Source of the DNA: Bosea sp. (in: a-proteobacteria)
GTDB taxonomy: Bacteria; Pseudomonadota; Alphaproteobacteria; Rhizobiales; Beijerinckiaceae
NCBI GenBank assembly: GCA_031373605.1
Contig: JANMMX010000011.1
Coordinates: 1 to 47,376 of the forward strand
Direction: 5' to 3'
Length of the DNA stretch: 47,376 nucleotides
Each line of letters opens with the position of its first letter. Position 1 is the first letter of the stretch. The notes under the pieces were generated by a model that was not told the origin of the DNA, did no database searches, and worked only from the letters and a program-made list of their open reading frames with translations. A program made the translations under genes and the position numbers. Of the stretch, positions 1 to 9,180 are shown one piece after another.

Positions 1-468
1 GCCTGCAAGCGCCAGCCCAACGAGCGCTGCATGGCGCAATACCAGACGCGCATCTCCGGCCCGCTGCTGGACCGGATTGATCTGGTCATCGATGTGCCGG
101 CGGTGACGGCGTCCGACCTGATTCTGCCTGCTGCCAGCGAAGGCTCGGCCGAGGTTGCTGCCCGTGTGTTCGCCGCCCGCAAGCGGCAGGAAGTGCGCTA
201 TCTGGCCATGGGGCTTGAGCGTGTCTCGACGAATTCAGCCTGTCCGGGCTCGGCGCTGGATGACGTGGCCAAGCCCGACGCGGAGGGGCTCAAGCTCCTG
301 CGTGAAGCGGCAGAAGCGATGAAACTGACGGCACGCGGTTATCACCGGGTGCTGAAAGTGGCGCGCACGCTGGCCGATCTGGATGATGACCCGCGCGTCG
401 GCCGCATTCATCTGGCCGAGGCGCTGTCCTACCGCTCACGGATTGACCAGACGGCGATGGCCGCCTGA
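1..468 (+). CDS. comM: YifB/ComM family Mg-chelatase-like AAA+ ATPase, C-terminal part (5' truncated by window)
   Basis: Frame open from base 1; motifs RISGPLLDRID and TARGYHRVLKVARTLADL...HLAEALSYR. Confidence 0.9.
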   Translation, partial: ACKRQPNERCMAQYQTRISGPLLDRIDLVIDVPAVTASDLILPAASEGSAEVAARVFAARKRQEVRYLAMGLERVSTNSACPGSALDDVAKPDAEGLKLLREAAEAMKLTARGYHRVLKVARTLADLDDDPRVGRIHLAEALSYRSRIDQTAMAA

Positions 469-474
469 GACGCG

Positions 475-1053
475 TCAGCCCCCTTGTTTTGTGGCGTCGT
501 GGCGCAGGAAGACCACCTGCGTATCGCCATAGTGGCGGGTTTCGATCTCGGTGAAGCCTTCGGGCAGGGTCCAGGTCGAATCTGCCGCTTCCTCCAGCAG
601 CACCATGGCGCCCGGCGCCAGCCAGCCGCCGTATCGCGCCGAAGCCAGCGCCTGCTCGCCCAGGCCCTTGCGATAGGGCGGATCGCAGAACACCAGATCG
701 AAGGGTTCCAGCGGCCCGATGGGCCCAAGTTTGGTGGCGTCGCGCCGGAAGATGCGGCTGTTGCCAGCCACACCCAGCGCCAACTGGTTTTCGCGGATCA
801 GCCCGCGTGCCTGCGTGCCATCATCGACCATGAGCGCAAAGGATGCGCCGCGCGAAAGTGCTTCAAATGCCAGCGCGCCCGTTCCGGCGAAGAGATCGAG
901 CACGCGCGCGCCAGCCACGACACCGTCATGGCTGTGCGCCAGCACGTTGAACAGCGATTCGCGCAGCCGGTCCGAGGTGGGGCGAATGCCGCCCGCGCCC
1001 GCTTTCGGCGAGGCCAGCGTGCGCCCGCCCAGACGTCCTGCGACAATCCTCAT
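475..1053 (-). CDS. rsmD: 16S rRNA (guanine(966)-N2)-methyltransferase
   Basis: MRIVAG, RPTSDRLRESLF, DLFAGTGA SAM motif, DPPY. Confidence 0.95.
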   Translation of the reverse strand: MRIVAGRLGGRTLASPKAGAGGIRPTSDRLRESLFNVLAHSHDGVVAGARVLDLFAGTGALAFEALSRGASFALMVDDGTQARGLIRENQLALGVAGNSRIFRRDATKLGPIGPLEPFDLVFCDPPYRKGLGEQALASARYGGWLAPGAMVLLEEAADSTWTLPEGFTEIETRHYGDTQVVFLRHDATKQGG

Positions 1054-1077
1054 TGGCAGTTGCTCATCAAACCTGCA

Positions 1078-3354
1078 TCAGCCGCGCGGCTTGCCGCGCC
1101 CACCGGGACGGCTTCCGGTTGGTCTGTCGCCACCAGGTCGGCTGCCACCTGGTCGACCGCCTGAAGGGCGCCCGCCAAATGGCCTGTCGCCGCCGGGGCG
1201 ATCACCACCAGGACGGGCACCCGAGCTACGTCCACCAAACGGCTTGTCACCGCCGGGACGGTCCCCGCGCGGCCTGTCGCTGCCGGAGCGCTCACCACCT
1301 GAACGTTCGCCACCGAAGCGCCCGGCGGGCTTGCCATAACCTGATCGTGCAGGCCGGTCGCCAGCGGAACGATCACCTGCAGGCCGATCACCGAAGCTGC
1401 GCTCGCCTGAACGGCCCTCGCCACGTGGCTTGTCGCCGCGATAGGCGCTGCGGGCCGGGCGGTCCCCATCCCGCGAAGGCCGATCTCCATCCCGAACAGG
1501 CCTTGCGCGGAACGCAGGCCGCTCCTCATCGCGAGGCCGCTCCTGCCACGGGCTGTTGCTGGCGGCCCCTGTCTCGACGAGATCCTCCAGAGAGGTGCCT
1601 GGCTTCGCCATGCGCTGCACACGCTGGTGCTTTGGTGTTTCCTCGCGCGAGGCTGACGCGACGCGCTCGACCAGAACGCGGCGGCCCTTGGGATCCTCGA
1701 TCGCCTTGTCACGGCGGCGGGCCACGGTGCCCTCGGCCTCGCGCTTGGCGCGCTCGTCTTTCGGGTCTGCGCCCCTACGTGGCGCGGCATTGCGCTTGGC
1801 GCGCAGGCCGTCGGCCTCCTCGTCACGCCAGGTTGTCTTCAGCCAGGGCTTGGCGGTGCGCTCGTCCTGCGAGACATGGGAGCCACGGCGCATCTGTGGG
1901 CGCTCTGACGTTGGACGGTCGCCATCGGGACGGCGGCGAGGCCGGTCGTCGCCGGCAGGTGCGGCGCGCGGCGCGCGATCCTCGAACCGGGGCGCCTCCT
2001 CCCGGCGCGGTGCTGGGGCAGGGGCTTCTTCACGCCGTGTTGCCATCTCTTCACGGCGCGGGGCGTTGAGGTCAATTCCGGCCTCGCGCATCAACTCGTC
2101 GCCAAGCTGGTCCTTCAGCACGCGCGAGCGCACCTCATCAACCTCGCCTTCCGCCAGATCACCGAGCTGGAACGGGCCGAAGGACACCCGGATCAGCCGG
2201 TTGACGGCCAGACCCAGATGCTCGAGCACCTTCTTGACCTCGCGGTTGCGCCCTTCGCGCAGGTCCACGATCAGCCAGGTGTTGGAGCCCTGCTCGCGCT
2301 CGAAGCGGGCAATGACGGGGCCATAAGCCTCGCCATCGATCACGACGCCATCGCGCACGGTGTCGAGCTGCGCCTGCGTGATGTGGCCAAAGGCACGCAC
2401 GCGGTAGCGCCGCAGCCAGCCTGTGGTCGGCAGTTCCAGCACGCGCGCCAGCCCGCCATCATTGGTCAGCAGCAGCAGGCCCTCGGTGTTGATGTCGAGG
2501 CGGCCCACCGTCATCACGCGCGGCAGGTCCTGCGGCAGCACCTCGAACAGTGTAGGTCGGCCTTCGGGATCGTGGTTGGTGGAGACAAACCCCTTGGGCT
2601 TGTGGAACAGCCAGAGGCGCGTGCGCTCGCGCGCCGGCATCGGCTCGCCATCAATCACGATGACCGCGTCCGGCCCGACATCCAGCGCAGGGCTGTCGAT
2701 GATCTTGCCGTTCACACTGACGCGGCCAGCCAGGATCATGACCTCGGAATCGCGCCGCGATGCCACTCCGGCGCGCGCCATCACCTTGGCGATGCGCTCC
2801 GGTCCATCGGGTGCGCGGTCCGGCTGCAGGCTGGGTTCGGGAGCAGCGCGGGAGAAGCTGCGCTCGGGGCGCGGACCACGTTCAGACCTCGTATCACGCT
2901 CAGGCCTCGCATCGCGGTCAAAACGTGGTCTGCGGTCTTCATTGGCGCGGAAGGGCTTGCCGCCACCTTCGGAACGGGCGCCATCGCGTGGTGCAAAGTC
3001 GCGCTTGGGGCGATCATCGCCAGAGCGAGGCGCATAGGGTTTGCGCTCGCCGCCAAAGCTGCGCTCTCCGGCTGGCTTCCTGTCGCCATAGGGCTTCTTG
3101 TCGCCGAACGGCTTCTTGTCGCCAAAGGACTTGCGCTCACCAAAGGACTTGCGCTCGCCATCTCGCGGGCCTGCGCGTTCGCCAGAGCCGCTGCGCTCAC
3201 CGAAGGGCCTGGCCGGTCGATCGCCGGGTGCACGTGGGCGGAAAGGCTTGTCGCCGCCGCCATCGCGACCAGAGCCGCCTCCGCCGCGACCAGTTCCGCC
3301 TCCGCCGCTCTTGCGCGGCCCCCGGCTTTTCTGGTTTCTGTCGTCGTCGCTCAT
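1078..3354 (-). CDS. rluB: RsuA/RluB-family 23S rRNA pseudouridine synthase with S4 domain and long R/G/D/P low-complexity N- and C-terminal tails
   Basis: ERIAKVMARAGVASRR (S4), HKPKG, GRLDINTEGLLLLTNDG, EGRNREV; ATG 3354 preceded by AAGAAGGAG. Confidence 0.9.
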   Translation of the reverse strand: MSDDDRNQKSRGPRKSGGGGTGRGGGGSGRDGGGDKPFRPRAPGDRPARPFGERSGSGERAGPRDGERKSFGERKSFGDKKPFGDKKPYGDRKPAGERSFGGERKPYAPRSGDDRPKRDFAPRDGARSEGGGKPFRANEDRRPRFDRDARPERDTRSERGPRPERSFSRAAPEPSLQPDRAPDGPERIAKVMARAGVASRRDSEVMILAGRVSVNGKIIDSPALDVGPDAVIVIDGEPMPARERTRLWLFHKPKGFVSTNHDPEGRPTLFEVLPQDLPRVMTVGRLDINTEGLLLLTNDGGLARVLELPTTGWLRRYRVRAFGHITQAQLDTVRDGVVIDGEAYGPVIARFEREQGSNTWLIVDLREGRNREVKKVLEHLGLAVNRLIRVSFGPFQLGDLAEGEVDEVRSRVLKDQLGDELMREAGIDLNAPRREEMATRREEAPAPAPRREEAPRFEDRAPRAAPAGDDRPRRRPDGDRPTSERPQMRRGSHVSQDERTAKPWLKTTWRDEEADGLRAKRNAAPRRGADPKDERAKREAEGTVARRRDKAIEDPKGRRVLVERVASASREETPKHQRVQRMAKPGTSLEDLVETGAASNSPWQERPRDEERPAFRARPVRDGDRPSRDGDRPARSAYRGDKPRGEGRSGERSFGDRPAGDRSAGDRPARSGYGKPAGRFGGERSGGERSGSDRPRGDRPGGDKPFGGRSSGARPGGDRPGGDRPFGGRPSGGRPGGSRPGGDRPTGSRPGGRGKPRG
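1085..1420. repeat. Degenerate pentapeptide repeats (RPGGD/RPSGG/RSGGE) in rluB C-terminal tail
   Basis: About 15-bp periodic coding repeats visible in the translation. Confidence 0.75.
3080..3160. repeat. Imperfect 18-bp coding tandem repeat in rluB N-terminal tail (KSFGER/KSFGDK/KPFGDK/KPYGDR)
   Basis: cttcttgtcgcc and ccaaaggacttgcgctc units recur at 18-bp period. Confidence 0.8.
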
Positions 3355-3443
3355 GGTCGGCTCCTTCTTGGAGGGTCCTTCTATCAGAGCGACCGTTTGG
3401 CTGCGAGCGCCAATGCAGGAAAAAGACCTTGGGAGACAAGCCT

Positions 3444-3905
3444 TTGCCGACAGCGCCCGAGCAAGCGGAAACACCGATGGCGCTGGCCTTCGCCCAGGCA
3501 CGTCTGGCTGCGGCGCGTGGCGAGGTGCCGGTGGGTGCGGTTATCATGCGCAACAGCGAGATGCTGGCCGCCGATGGCAACCGCACGCTGGAACTGAAAG
3601 ACCCTAGCGCCCATGCCGAGATGCTGGTGATCCGGCAGGCGGCAGCGCGCATCGGCAGCGAGCGGTTGATTGGCTGCGATCTCTATGTGACGCTGGAGCC
3701 CTGCCCGATGTGTGCGGGAGCGATCTCGTTTGCACGGCTGCGGCGGCTCTATTTCGGCGCGTCTGATCCCAAAGGTGGCGCGGTCGAAAATGGCGTCCGG
3801 CTCTTTGCTTCACCCACCTGCCATCATGCGCCCGAGGTCTATGGCGGGCTGGGCGAGCAGGAGGCGGCAAGCCTGCTGCGTGATTTCTTCAAGGCGCGCC
3901 GCTGA
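3444..3905 (+). CDS. tadA: tRNA adenosine(34) deaminase / nucleoside deaminase
   Basis: GEVPVGAV, HAE and TLEPCPMC Zn motifs, DPKGGA; start TTG 3444 after GGGAGA, or ATG 3477. Confidence 0.9.
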   Translation: MPTAPEQAETPMALAFAQARLAAARGEVPVGAVIMRNSEMLAADGNRTLELKDPSAHAEMLVIRQAAARIGSERLIGCDLYVTLEPCPMCAGAISFARLRRLYFGASDPKGGAVENGVRLFASPTCHHAPEVYGGLGEQEAASLLRDFFKARR

Positions 3906-4779
3906 GCTGCCGCGCCTCGATCAAGACCGAGAGACGCCGCTTGATGTCGTCTTTCATCGGGTCGCAGGCAGCAAAAATCTCGGCAGCCCGGAAGAAGTCC
4001 AGCCCGCCAAAGGCCTCGACAGGCGGGCGGATCAGCAGATCCGGCGGATGGCGCTCGATGGTGCGCTGGACAATGGCACCCATCAGGATTTGCGAGGCGC
4101 CGAACATCGCCTCCAGCGGTTCGGGCACGCGAGTTTCGCTGATGGTGGCAGCACCCCCGGCATCAACCGCGATGACGATACGATGGGGCGCCGACAGCCT
4201 GTCATAGGGCAGCGGATTGACCGCACCGCCATCGATCAGCACACGGCCACCAATGGTCACCGGTCGGATGAGGCCGGGAATGGCCATGGAGGCCGCAACC
4301 GCCGGCGTGAGAGGGCCTGAAGCCAGCGCGACCTCGCTGCGCAGGTGATAGTCGGTCGCGATCGAGACGAAGGGGATTTTCAGGTCTTCGAAGCGGTCCG
4401 GCACAATCTCTGGCCAGAACAGGTCAAGGATCTGCTCGCCATCCACCAGAACCGGGTTGCCGAGCCCGCGCTGGAACAGGTCTGCCAGCTTGCCGACGCG
4501 CGCGCCCAGCAGGCGGCTGACGACACGCGCCCGATCCTTGAACAGGGCAAGGCTGTAGGCCTTCAGCGCTCGCGCGGGCATTCCGGCCGCCCAGGCTGCA
4601 CCCATGATCGCGCCAATCGACGAACCGGTGACGAGCGCAGGTTTCAACCCCAGATCGTCCAGCGCTTCCAGCGCCACCAGATGCGCCAGGCCGCGCGCGC
4701 CGCCCGCGCCCAGCGCAATGACGATTTCGGGCGTGCTGCGGCTGGCAGGCTCCTGCCCAGGTCTGGCAACTTTGCTCAT
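3889..4779 (-). CDS. Patatin-like phospholipase (RssA/NTE family)
   Basis: LGAGGARG, GSSIG nucleophile elbow, ASMAIPG, DGG; ATGA overlap with the upstream hydrolase. Confidence 0.9.
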   Translation of the reverse strand: MSKVARPGQEPASRSTPEIVIALGAGGARGLAHLVALEALDDLGLKPALVTGSSIGAIMGAAWAAGMPARALKAYSLALFKDRARVVSRLLGARVGKLADLFQRGLGNPVLVDGEQILDLFWPEIVPDRFEDLKIPFVSIATDYHLRSEVALASGPLTPAVAASMAIPGLIRPVTIGGRVLIDGGAVNPLPYDRLSAPHRIVIAVDAGGAATISETRVPEPLEAMFGASQILMGAIVQRTIERHPPDLLIRPPVEAFGGLDFFRAAEIFAACDPMKDDIKRRLSVLIEARQLSGAP

Positions 4780-5684
4780 GCGGCCAGGAATGGTGCGAGT
4801 GCCGCCAAGGTGTCCGCCGGGTTCTCCTCTGGCAGGAAATGCCCGCTGGCGATGCTGCGCCCTCCGGCCTTGGGCGCAAAGGTCTCGCGCCAGATGGCGA
4901 GAGGGCTGGCGCCCTTGGCCGGTATGCCGTTCTCGCCCCAAAGAATGAGCGTTGGGCACAGGATGGTTTTTCCTGCGGCCCTGTCCTCGCGATCATGCTC
5001 CAGATCAGTGGTTGCGCCCGCGCGGTAATCCTCGCAAGCCGCATGAATGCGTGCGGGATCGTTGAAGGACTGGCGGTAGGCGGCAAGTGCTGCTGGCGCG
5101 AAAGCCTTGATCGACTGGGCCCGCGTCCAGCTGCCGATGGTGTGGTCGAGCCAGCCGGATGGATCGGCCTTGATAAGGTTTTCGGGCATGGGCTCGGGCT
5201 GCGCCATGAAGGTCCAGTGATAGACCTGCAGCGCGCGCACGGCGTTCATCCCTTCCCACATCGAAAGTGTCGGCATGATGTCAAGCAGCGCCAGCCGCTC
5301 CACACGGCCCGGATGGTCCAGCGCCAGACGATAGGCAACGCGTGCACCGCGATCATGCCCCACGACGCCGAAGCGCAGATGGCCGAGCGCGTCCATCGCC
5401 GCCACCACATCCTCGCCCATGGCCCGCTTGCTGTAGAGCGTTTTGCCGCCATCGCCATGGGGCGCTGATGACCAGCCATAGCCGCGCAGATCGAGGCAGA
5501 CGACCTGATGGGTTTTCGCCAGTTGCGGCGCAATCTCGTGCCACATCACATGCGTCTGCGGAAAGCCATGGATCAGCACCAGAGGCGGCCCCACTCCGCC
5601 GACACGGGCGAATATCTTGCCGACTGGGCCATCAATCCAGCGCGGCGCAAAACCGGGGAACAGGGCATCGGTTGCAGGCATCAC
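4776..5684 (-). CDS. Alpha/beta hydrolase, fluoroacetate/haloacetate dehalogenase-like
   Basis: HGFPQTH, DLRGYG, GHDRGAR (Asp nucleophile), YHW, CEDYRA, GHFLPEE; start GTG 5684 or ATG 5681 after AAGGAG. Confidence 0.85.
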   Translation of the reverse strand: MMPATDALFPGFAPRWIDGPVGKIFARVGGVGPPLVLIHGFPQTHVMWHEIAPQLAKTHQVVCLDLRGYGWSSAPHGDGGKTLYSKRAMGEDVVAAMDALGHLRFGVVGHDRGARVAYRLALDHPGRVERLALLDIMPTLSMWEGMNAVRALQVYHWTFMAQPEPMPENLIKADPSGWLDHTIGSWTRAQSIKAFAPAALAAYRQSFNDPARIHAACEDYRAGATTDLEHDREDRAAGKTILCPTLILWGENGIPAKGASPLAIWRETFAPKAGGRSIASGHFLPEENPADTLAALAPFLAA

Positions 5685-6091
5685 GTTGCTCCTTGCGCTG
5701 GCACGGCACTGCGAATGTCGGTCTGGCTGAAATCATCACCCTTGAACAACAAGGGCGCCTTGAGGCTGGCTGCCAATGCATAGGCAAAGCAGTCGCCAAA
5801 ATTGAGGCCCGCCGGGTGCCGCCCCTTGCCGAAGCGATGGAAGGCGTCGCGGGCGAGGGTCAGTTGATGTTCGTCGAACGCGACAATATCGATTCCCATA
5901 TCGTCGAGAATGGCATCGATTGTTGGCGCAGTGGCATCCAGCTGAAGCCTGGTGACTGCCAATTCCAGCTCAAGCACGCTTGCCACCGACATGAATACGG
6001 CAGGTTGGCTGACGATCAATTCACGGAATTTGATTGCCTCCAGCTCGCGATTCAAGATGGCGAAAATGGCCGAGGTGTCGACAGCGATCAT
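5681..6091 (-). CDS. vapC: Type II toxin VapC (PIN-domain RNase)
   Basis: MIAVDTSA..., [27 protein letters not shown]. Confidence 0.93.
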   Translation of the reverse strand: MIAVDTSAIFAILNRELEAIKFRELIVSQPAVFMSVASVLELELAVTRLQLDATAPTIDAILDDMGIDIVAFDEHQLTLARDAFHRFGKGRHPAGLNFGDCFAYALAASLKAPLLFKGDDFSQTDIRSAVPAQGAT

Positions 6092-6339
6092 ACTGGCAAA
6101 CCATTCTCGTCATACACAACAAGGTCGTCGAGAGCTGGCCTGGGTTGTTTTTGGGCGTCCCAGAAACGCTGCAGTGTCTCATCGAGGCGGGCTCGATCCA
6201 CGCGCCCCGGCCTGTCCTGCAGGCTTCGCGTCCGCTCTTCAGCCGCCTTTCGCACGGCTTCCGTGATGGTTTCTCCCGTGCGTGCGGCAAGCTCGCGCAC
6301 GATGCGGTCTGTTTCCGGGTCCTTGATGAGGATCGCCAT
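6088..6339 (-). CDS. vapB: Type II antitoxin VapB (Rv0623-like RHH)
   Basis: [26 protein letters not shown]-terminal YDENGLP; ATGA overlap with vapC; GGAGG RBS. Confidence 0.9.
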   Translation of the reverse strand: MAILIKDPETDRIVRELAARTGETITEAVRKAAEERTRSLQDRPGRVDRARLDETLQRFWDAQKQPRPALDDLVVYDENGLPV

Positions 6340-6351
6340 GATTGCCTCCGG

Positions 6352-6376
6352 TATATATTCCAGTAAGGATTATATA
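6352..6376. promoter_or_regulatory. AT-rich inverted repeat upstream of vapB, probable autorepression operator
   Basis: TATATATTCC-AGTAA-GGATTATATA (10-bp arms, one mismatch), 12 bp upstream of the vapB ATG. Confidence 0.65.
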
Positions 6377-6394
6377 TATCGAATATGGCTTAGC

Positions 6395-7675
6395 TTAAAG
6401 CCCGGCTTCGTGCCGCACTCCCTGCCAGCCAATGTCGTGGCGGCAGAACCCTTCGGGCCAGTCGATCAGTTCGACAGCGGCATAGGCCTTGGCTTGCGCC
6501 TCTGTGACCGTGTCAGCCATCGCCACCACATTGAGCACGCGCCCGCCATTGGCGACGAGTTTTCCGTCACGCTCAAGCGTTCCGGCATGAAACACGGTGA
6601 TGTCGGCCAGCGCCTCGACGGAGGCCACACCACTGATGACAGAGCCTTTCTCTGGTGCCGCTGGGTAGCCTCTCGCGCACAGCACCACTGTCAGCGCAGC
6701 CTGCTTTGACCAGCGCAGTGTGAAGCGATCCAGCACGCCGTCACAAGCTGCCAGCATGGCCGCGACCAGATCGCTTTTCAGGCGCGGCATCAACACCTCG
6801 CACTCGGGATCGCCGAAACGGACATTGTATTCAATCAGTTTCGGCCCATCGGAGGTCAGCATCAGTCCGGCGAAAAGGATGCCGGTGAAGGGCGTGCCGC
6901 GTGAAGCCATCCCTGCCATGGTGGGCAGGATAATCTCGCCCATCACGCGGGCTTCCATCGCTGGCGTGATTGCGGGCGAGGGCGAGTATGCCCCCATGCC
7001 GCCAGTGTTGGGGCCGGTGTCGCCATCGCCGACGCGCTTGTGGTCCTGCGCCGAGCCCATGAAGATGGCGTTCTTGCCGTCGCAAAGCGCAAAGAAGCTG
7101 GCTTCCTCGCCAAACATGCACTCCTCGATGACGATTTCGGTGCCTGCCGCGCCAAGGCCGCCGCCCATCATCATGTCGATGGCGTCCAGCGCCTCGGGCA
7201 CCGTGGTTGCCACAACCACGCCTTTGCCGAGTGCCAGCCCATCCGCCTTGATGACGATGGGCGCGCCCTGCTGCTTTACATAGGCATGGGCAGCCACCCT
7301 GTCCGTGAAGCGCGCGAAAGCCGCCGTGGGGATATCGAACGCGGCACAGAATTCCTTCGTGAAAGCCTTCGAGCCTTCGAGCTGGGCGGCTTGCCTTGAC
7401 GGGCCAAACGTCTTGATGCCGGCGGCCATCAGGTCGTCTGTCAGGCCAGCAACTGCCGGTGCATCAGGGCCGATGACGGCCAGATCGATCTTCTCGGATA
7501 TGGCCAGCGCGATGACAGCGGCATGATCCGTGATGTCGATGGCGATGTTCGTGCCGCATTGCGCTGTGCCGGGATTGCCGGGCGCAATCAGCAGCCGATG
7601 GCAAAGGGGCGACGATGTCAGCTTCCAGGCCAGCGCATGCTCACGCCCGCCCGATCCGATAAGAAGTATGTTCAT
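6395..7675 (-). CDS. purD: Phosphoribosylamine--glycine ligase
   Basis: [60 protein letters not shown]. Confidence 0.98.
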   Translation of the reverse strand: MNILLIGSGGREHALAWKLTSSPLCHRLLIAPGNPGTAQCGTNIAIDITDHAAVIALAISEKIDLAVIGPDAPAVAGLTDDLMAAGIKTFGPSRQAAQLEGSKAFTKEFCAAFDIPTAAFARFTDRVAAHAYVKQQGAPIVIKADGLALGKGVVVATTVPEALDAIDMMMGGGLGAAGTEIVIEECMFGEEASFFALCDGKNAIFMGSAQDHKRVGDGDTGPNTGGMGAYSPSPAITPAMEARVMGEIILPTMAGMASRGTPFTGILFAGLMLTSDGPKLIEYNVRFGDPECEVLMPRLKSDLVAAMLAACDGVLDRFTLRWSKQAALTVVLCARGYPAAPEKGSVISGVASVEALADITVFHAGTLERDGKLVANGGRVLNVVAMADTVTEAQAKAYAAVELIDWPEGFCRHDIGWQGVRHEAGL

Positions 7676-7768
7676 GTGCCGCCGCTCCGCAGGTTATGCT
7701 GGCGTGCTTAGTGGCAAGCCCTTGACTGTGGCAACCTCAAAGCACCGGAGAGCCACAGTCTCCGGCGA

Positions 7769-8587
7769 TCACATGCTGCCAAACAGCGCCATGACACGGA
7801 TGATCGCATCTGACCGCGAAGGGCCGTGCGTGCCGATGGTCACGATGCCGTCGCCACGCACGGAGTAGGCGGCCTTGCGCGTGCGGATCGGCAGGTTGGG
7901 GTGGTCAAAGTCGTGGTAGGCGCCGGGATAGGAGACAAAGCGTGCGCCCCCAGCCTTGGCCAGCATTTCGCAGGGTGCTGCGGGCGTCCAGTCATCATCG
8001 GCACCATGGAGAATTGTGACTGGAACGCGCGCTGACCAGCCATTCTTCAGGATCGTGGTGCAGCCGGGATAGAAGGAGATGACGGTTCGGAAATCCGTGG
8101 TTGAGGGTCGCGTGCCACTGCGTGCGGCATGAAGCGCCGTCGAGCCGCCATTCGACCAGCCGAGCAGGCCGATCCGGTTCTTCGCGACAAAGGGCTGGCT
8201 GGCGAGCCAATCTGCCGCGCCGAAGGCATCGCGCGCCCGTCCAGCCGGCGTGATGCTGCGATCCAGTGTGTTGCAGACGGATTCAAACCCGCGCGAGCGG
8301 AAACTGTCAGGAAACAGCACGACATAGCCCGCTGCATTCAGGCGGTCGCCCCAGTCGGCATGGCGCGGGTTGAGTGCGCCGCTGCGCGACCAGAGCCCGC
8401 CGCAGCCGTGCAGCGCCACGACAGCCGGGAAGGGGCCCTCGCCCGAAGGCTTCTGCATCCAGCCGGTGATGGATGTGCCATCGCCGGAGGGAAAGCTGAC
8501 CTTCTCCAGCGCCAGCGCCGACACATTTGGCAGAGCGAGGAAGACCATGGCGATTGCTGTTGCCGTTCGCAGCCTTGATTGCAGCAT
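7769..8587 (-). CDS. Secreted dienelactone-hydrolase-family alpha/beta hydrolase
   Basis: Signal peptide, LHGCGG, GWSNGG (Ser nucleophile), HGADDDW, YPGAYHDFD. Confidence 0.8.
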   Translation of the reverse strand: MLQSRLRTATAIAMVFLALPNVSALALEKVSFPSGDGTSITGWMQKPSGEGPFPAVVALHGCGGLWSRSGALNPRHADWGDRLNAAGYVVLFPDSFRSRGFESVCNTLDRSITPAGRARDAFGAADWLASQPFVAKNRIGLLGWSNGGSTALHAARSGTRPSTTDFRTVISFYPGCTTILKNGWSARVPVTILHGADDDWTPAAPCEMLAKAGGARFVSYPGAYHDFDHPNLPIRTRKAAYSVRGDGIVTIGTHGPSRSDAIIRVMALFGSM

Positions 8588-8627
8588 GTGCGGCTCCCCT
8601 CCGTTCACAGGACACGCAGCCTAGCCC

Positions 8628-8662
8628 AAAAACAACAAAGCCGCGAAGCGGAGCTTCACGGC
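8628..8662 (-). terminator. Intrinsic terminator of the F0 atp operon
   Basis: Minus strand GCCGTGAAGC-TCC-GCTTCGCGGC followed by TTTGTTGTTTTT. Confidence 0.75.
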
Positions 8663-8690
8663 CATGTCAAATTTGCGTGGAGACAAGGTC

Positions 8691-9176
8691 TCAGTTCATC
8701 TGGGCTTTTACGTCCTTGAGGCCTTGGGCAACCAGATCAGCAGCCGACTTGCCAGAGACCTGTTTGCGCAGGATGCCTTCGGCAGCCCGAACAGCGGCGT
8801 CAGCGGCAGCGGCGCGAACCTCGGCCGTGGCTTGCGCCTCAGCATGGGCAATCTTGTCCTCGGCTGTCTTGGTCCTGCGGGTGACGAATTCCGCCAGCTT
8901 GACCTCGGCTTCCCTGGCCAGACGCTCGGCCTCTTCCTTGGCGGCAGTCACGATTGCCTCGGCCTCGGCTTCGGCAGCCTTGCGCTTGCCCTCATACGCG
9001 GCGAGCAGCTGTTCAGCTTCCTCACGCAGGCGGCGCGCCTCCGCCAGATCGTCGGCCACCTTCTTGCCATGCCCGTCAAGAGCGGCAAGCACAGCCTTGC
9101 CGGCACCAAACTTCAGTGCCAGCCAGATGAAAATGGCAAAGGCAACGGCGACCCAGAATGTCGGATTGCTGAACAT
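8691..9176 (-). CDS. atpF: ATP synthase F0 subunit b
   Basis: N-terminal TM (PTFWVAVAF) plus Ala/Glu-rich coiled coil; operon position. Confidence 0.92.
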   Translation of the reverse strand: MFSNPTFWVAVAFAIFIWLALKFGAGKAVLAALDGHGKKVADDLAEARRLREEAEQLLAAYEGKRKAAEAEAEAIVTAAKEEAERLAREAEVKLAEFVTRRTKTAEDKIAHAEAQATAEVRAAAADAAVRAAEGILRKQVSGKSAADLVAQGLKDVKAQMN

Positions 9177-9180
9177 TGGT

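Noticed and set aside
1053-3597. Several long plus-strand ORFs and periodic repeats opposite rluB (CRISPR-like at a glance)
   Set aside because: The repeats are in-frame, degenerate peptide repeats of RluB with no unique spacers or cas genes.
3889-3905. 17-bp convergent overlap of tadA and the patatin gene
   Set aside because: Short 3'-3' overlaps are common, and there is no evidence of antisense regulation.
3889-6339. Patatin plus PIN nuclease as a CBASS-like or other anti-phage system
   Set aside because: No cyclase, STAND NTPase or other sensor nearby; the patatin looks like the housekeeping RssA type.
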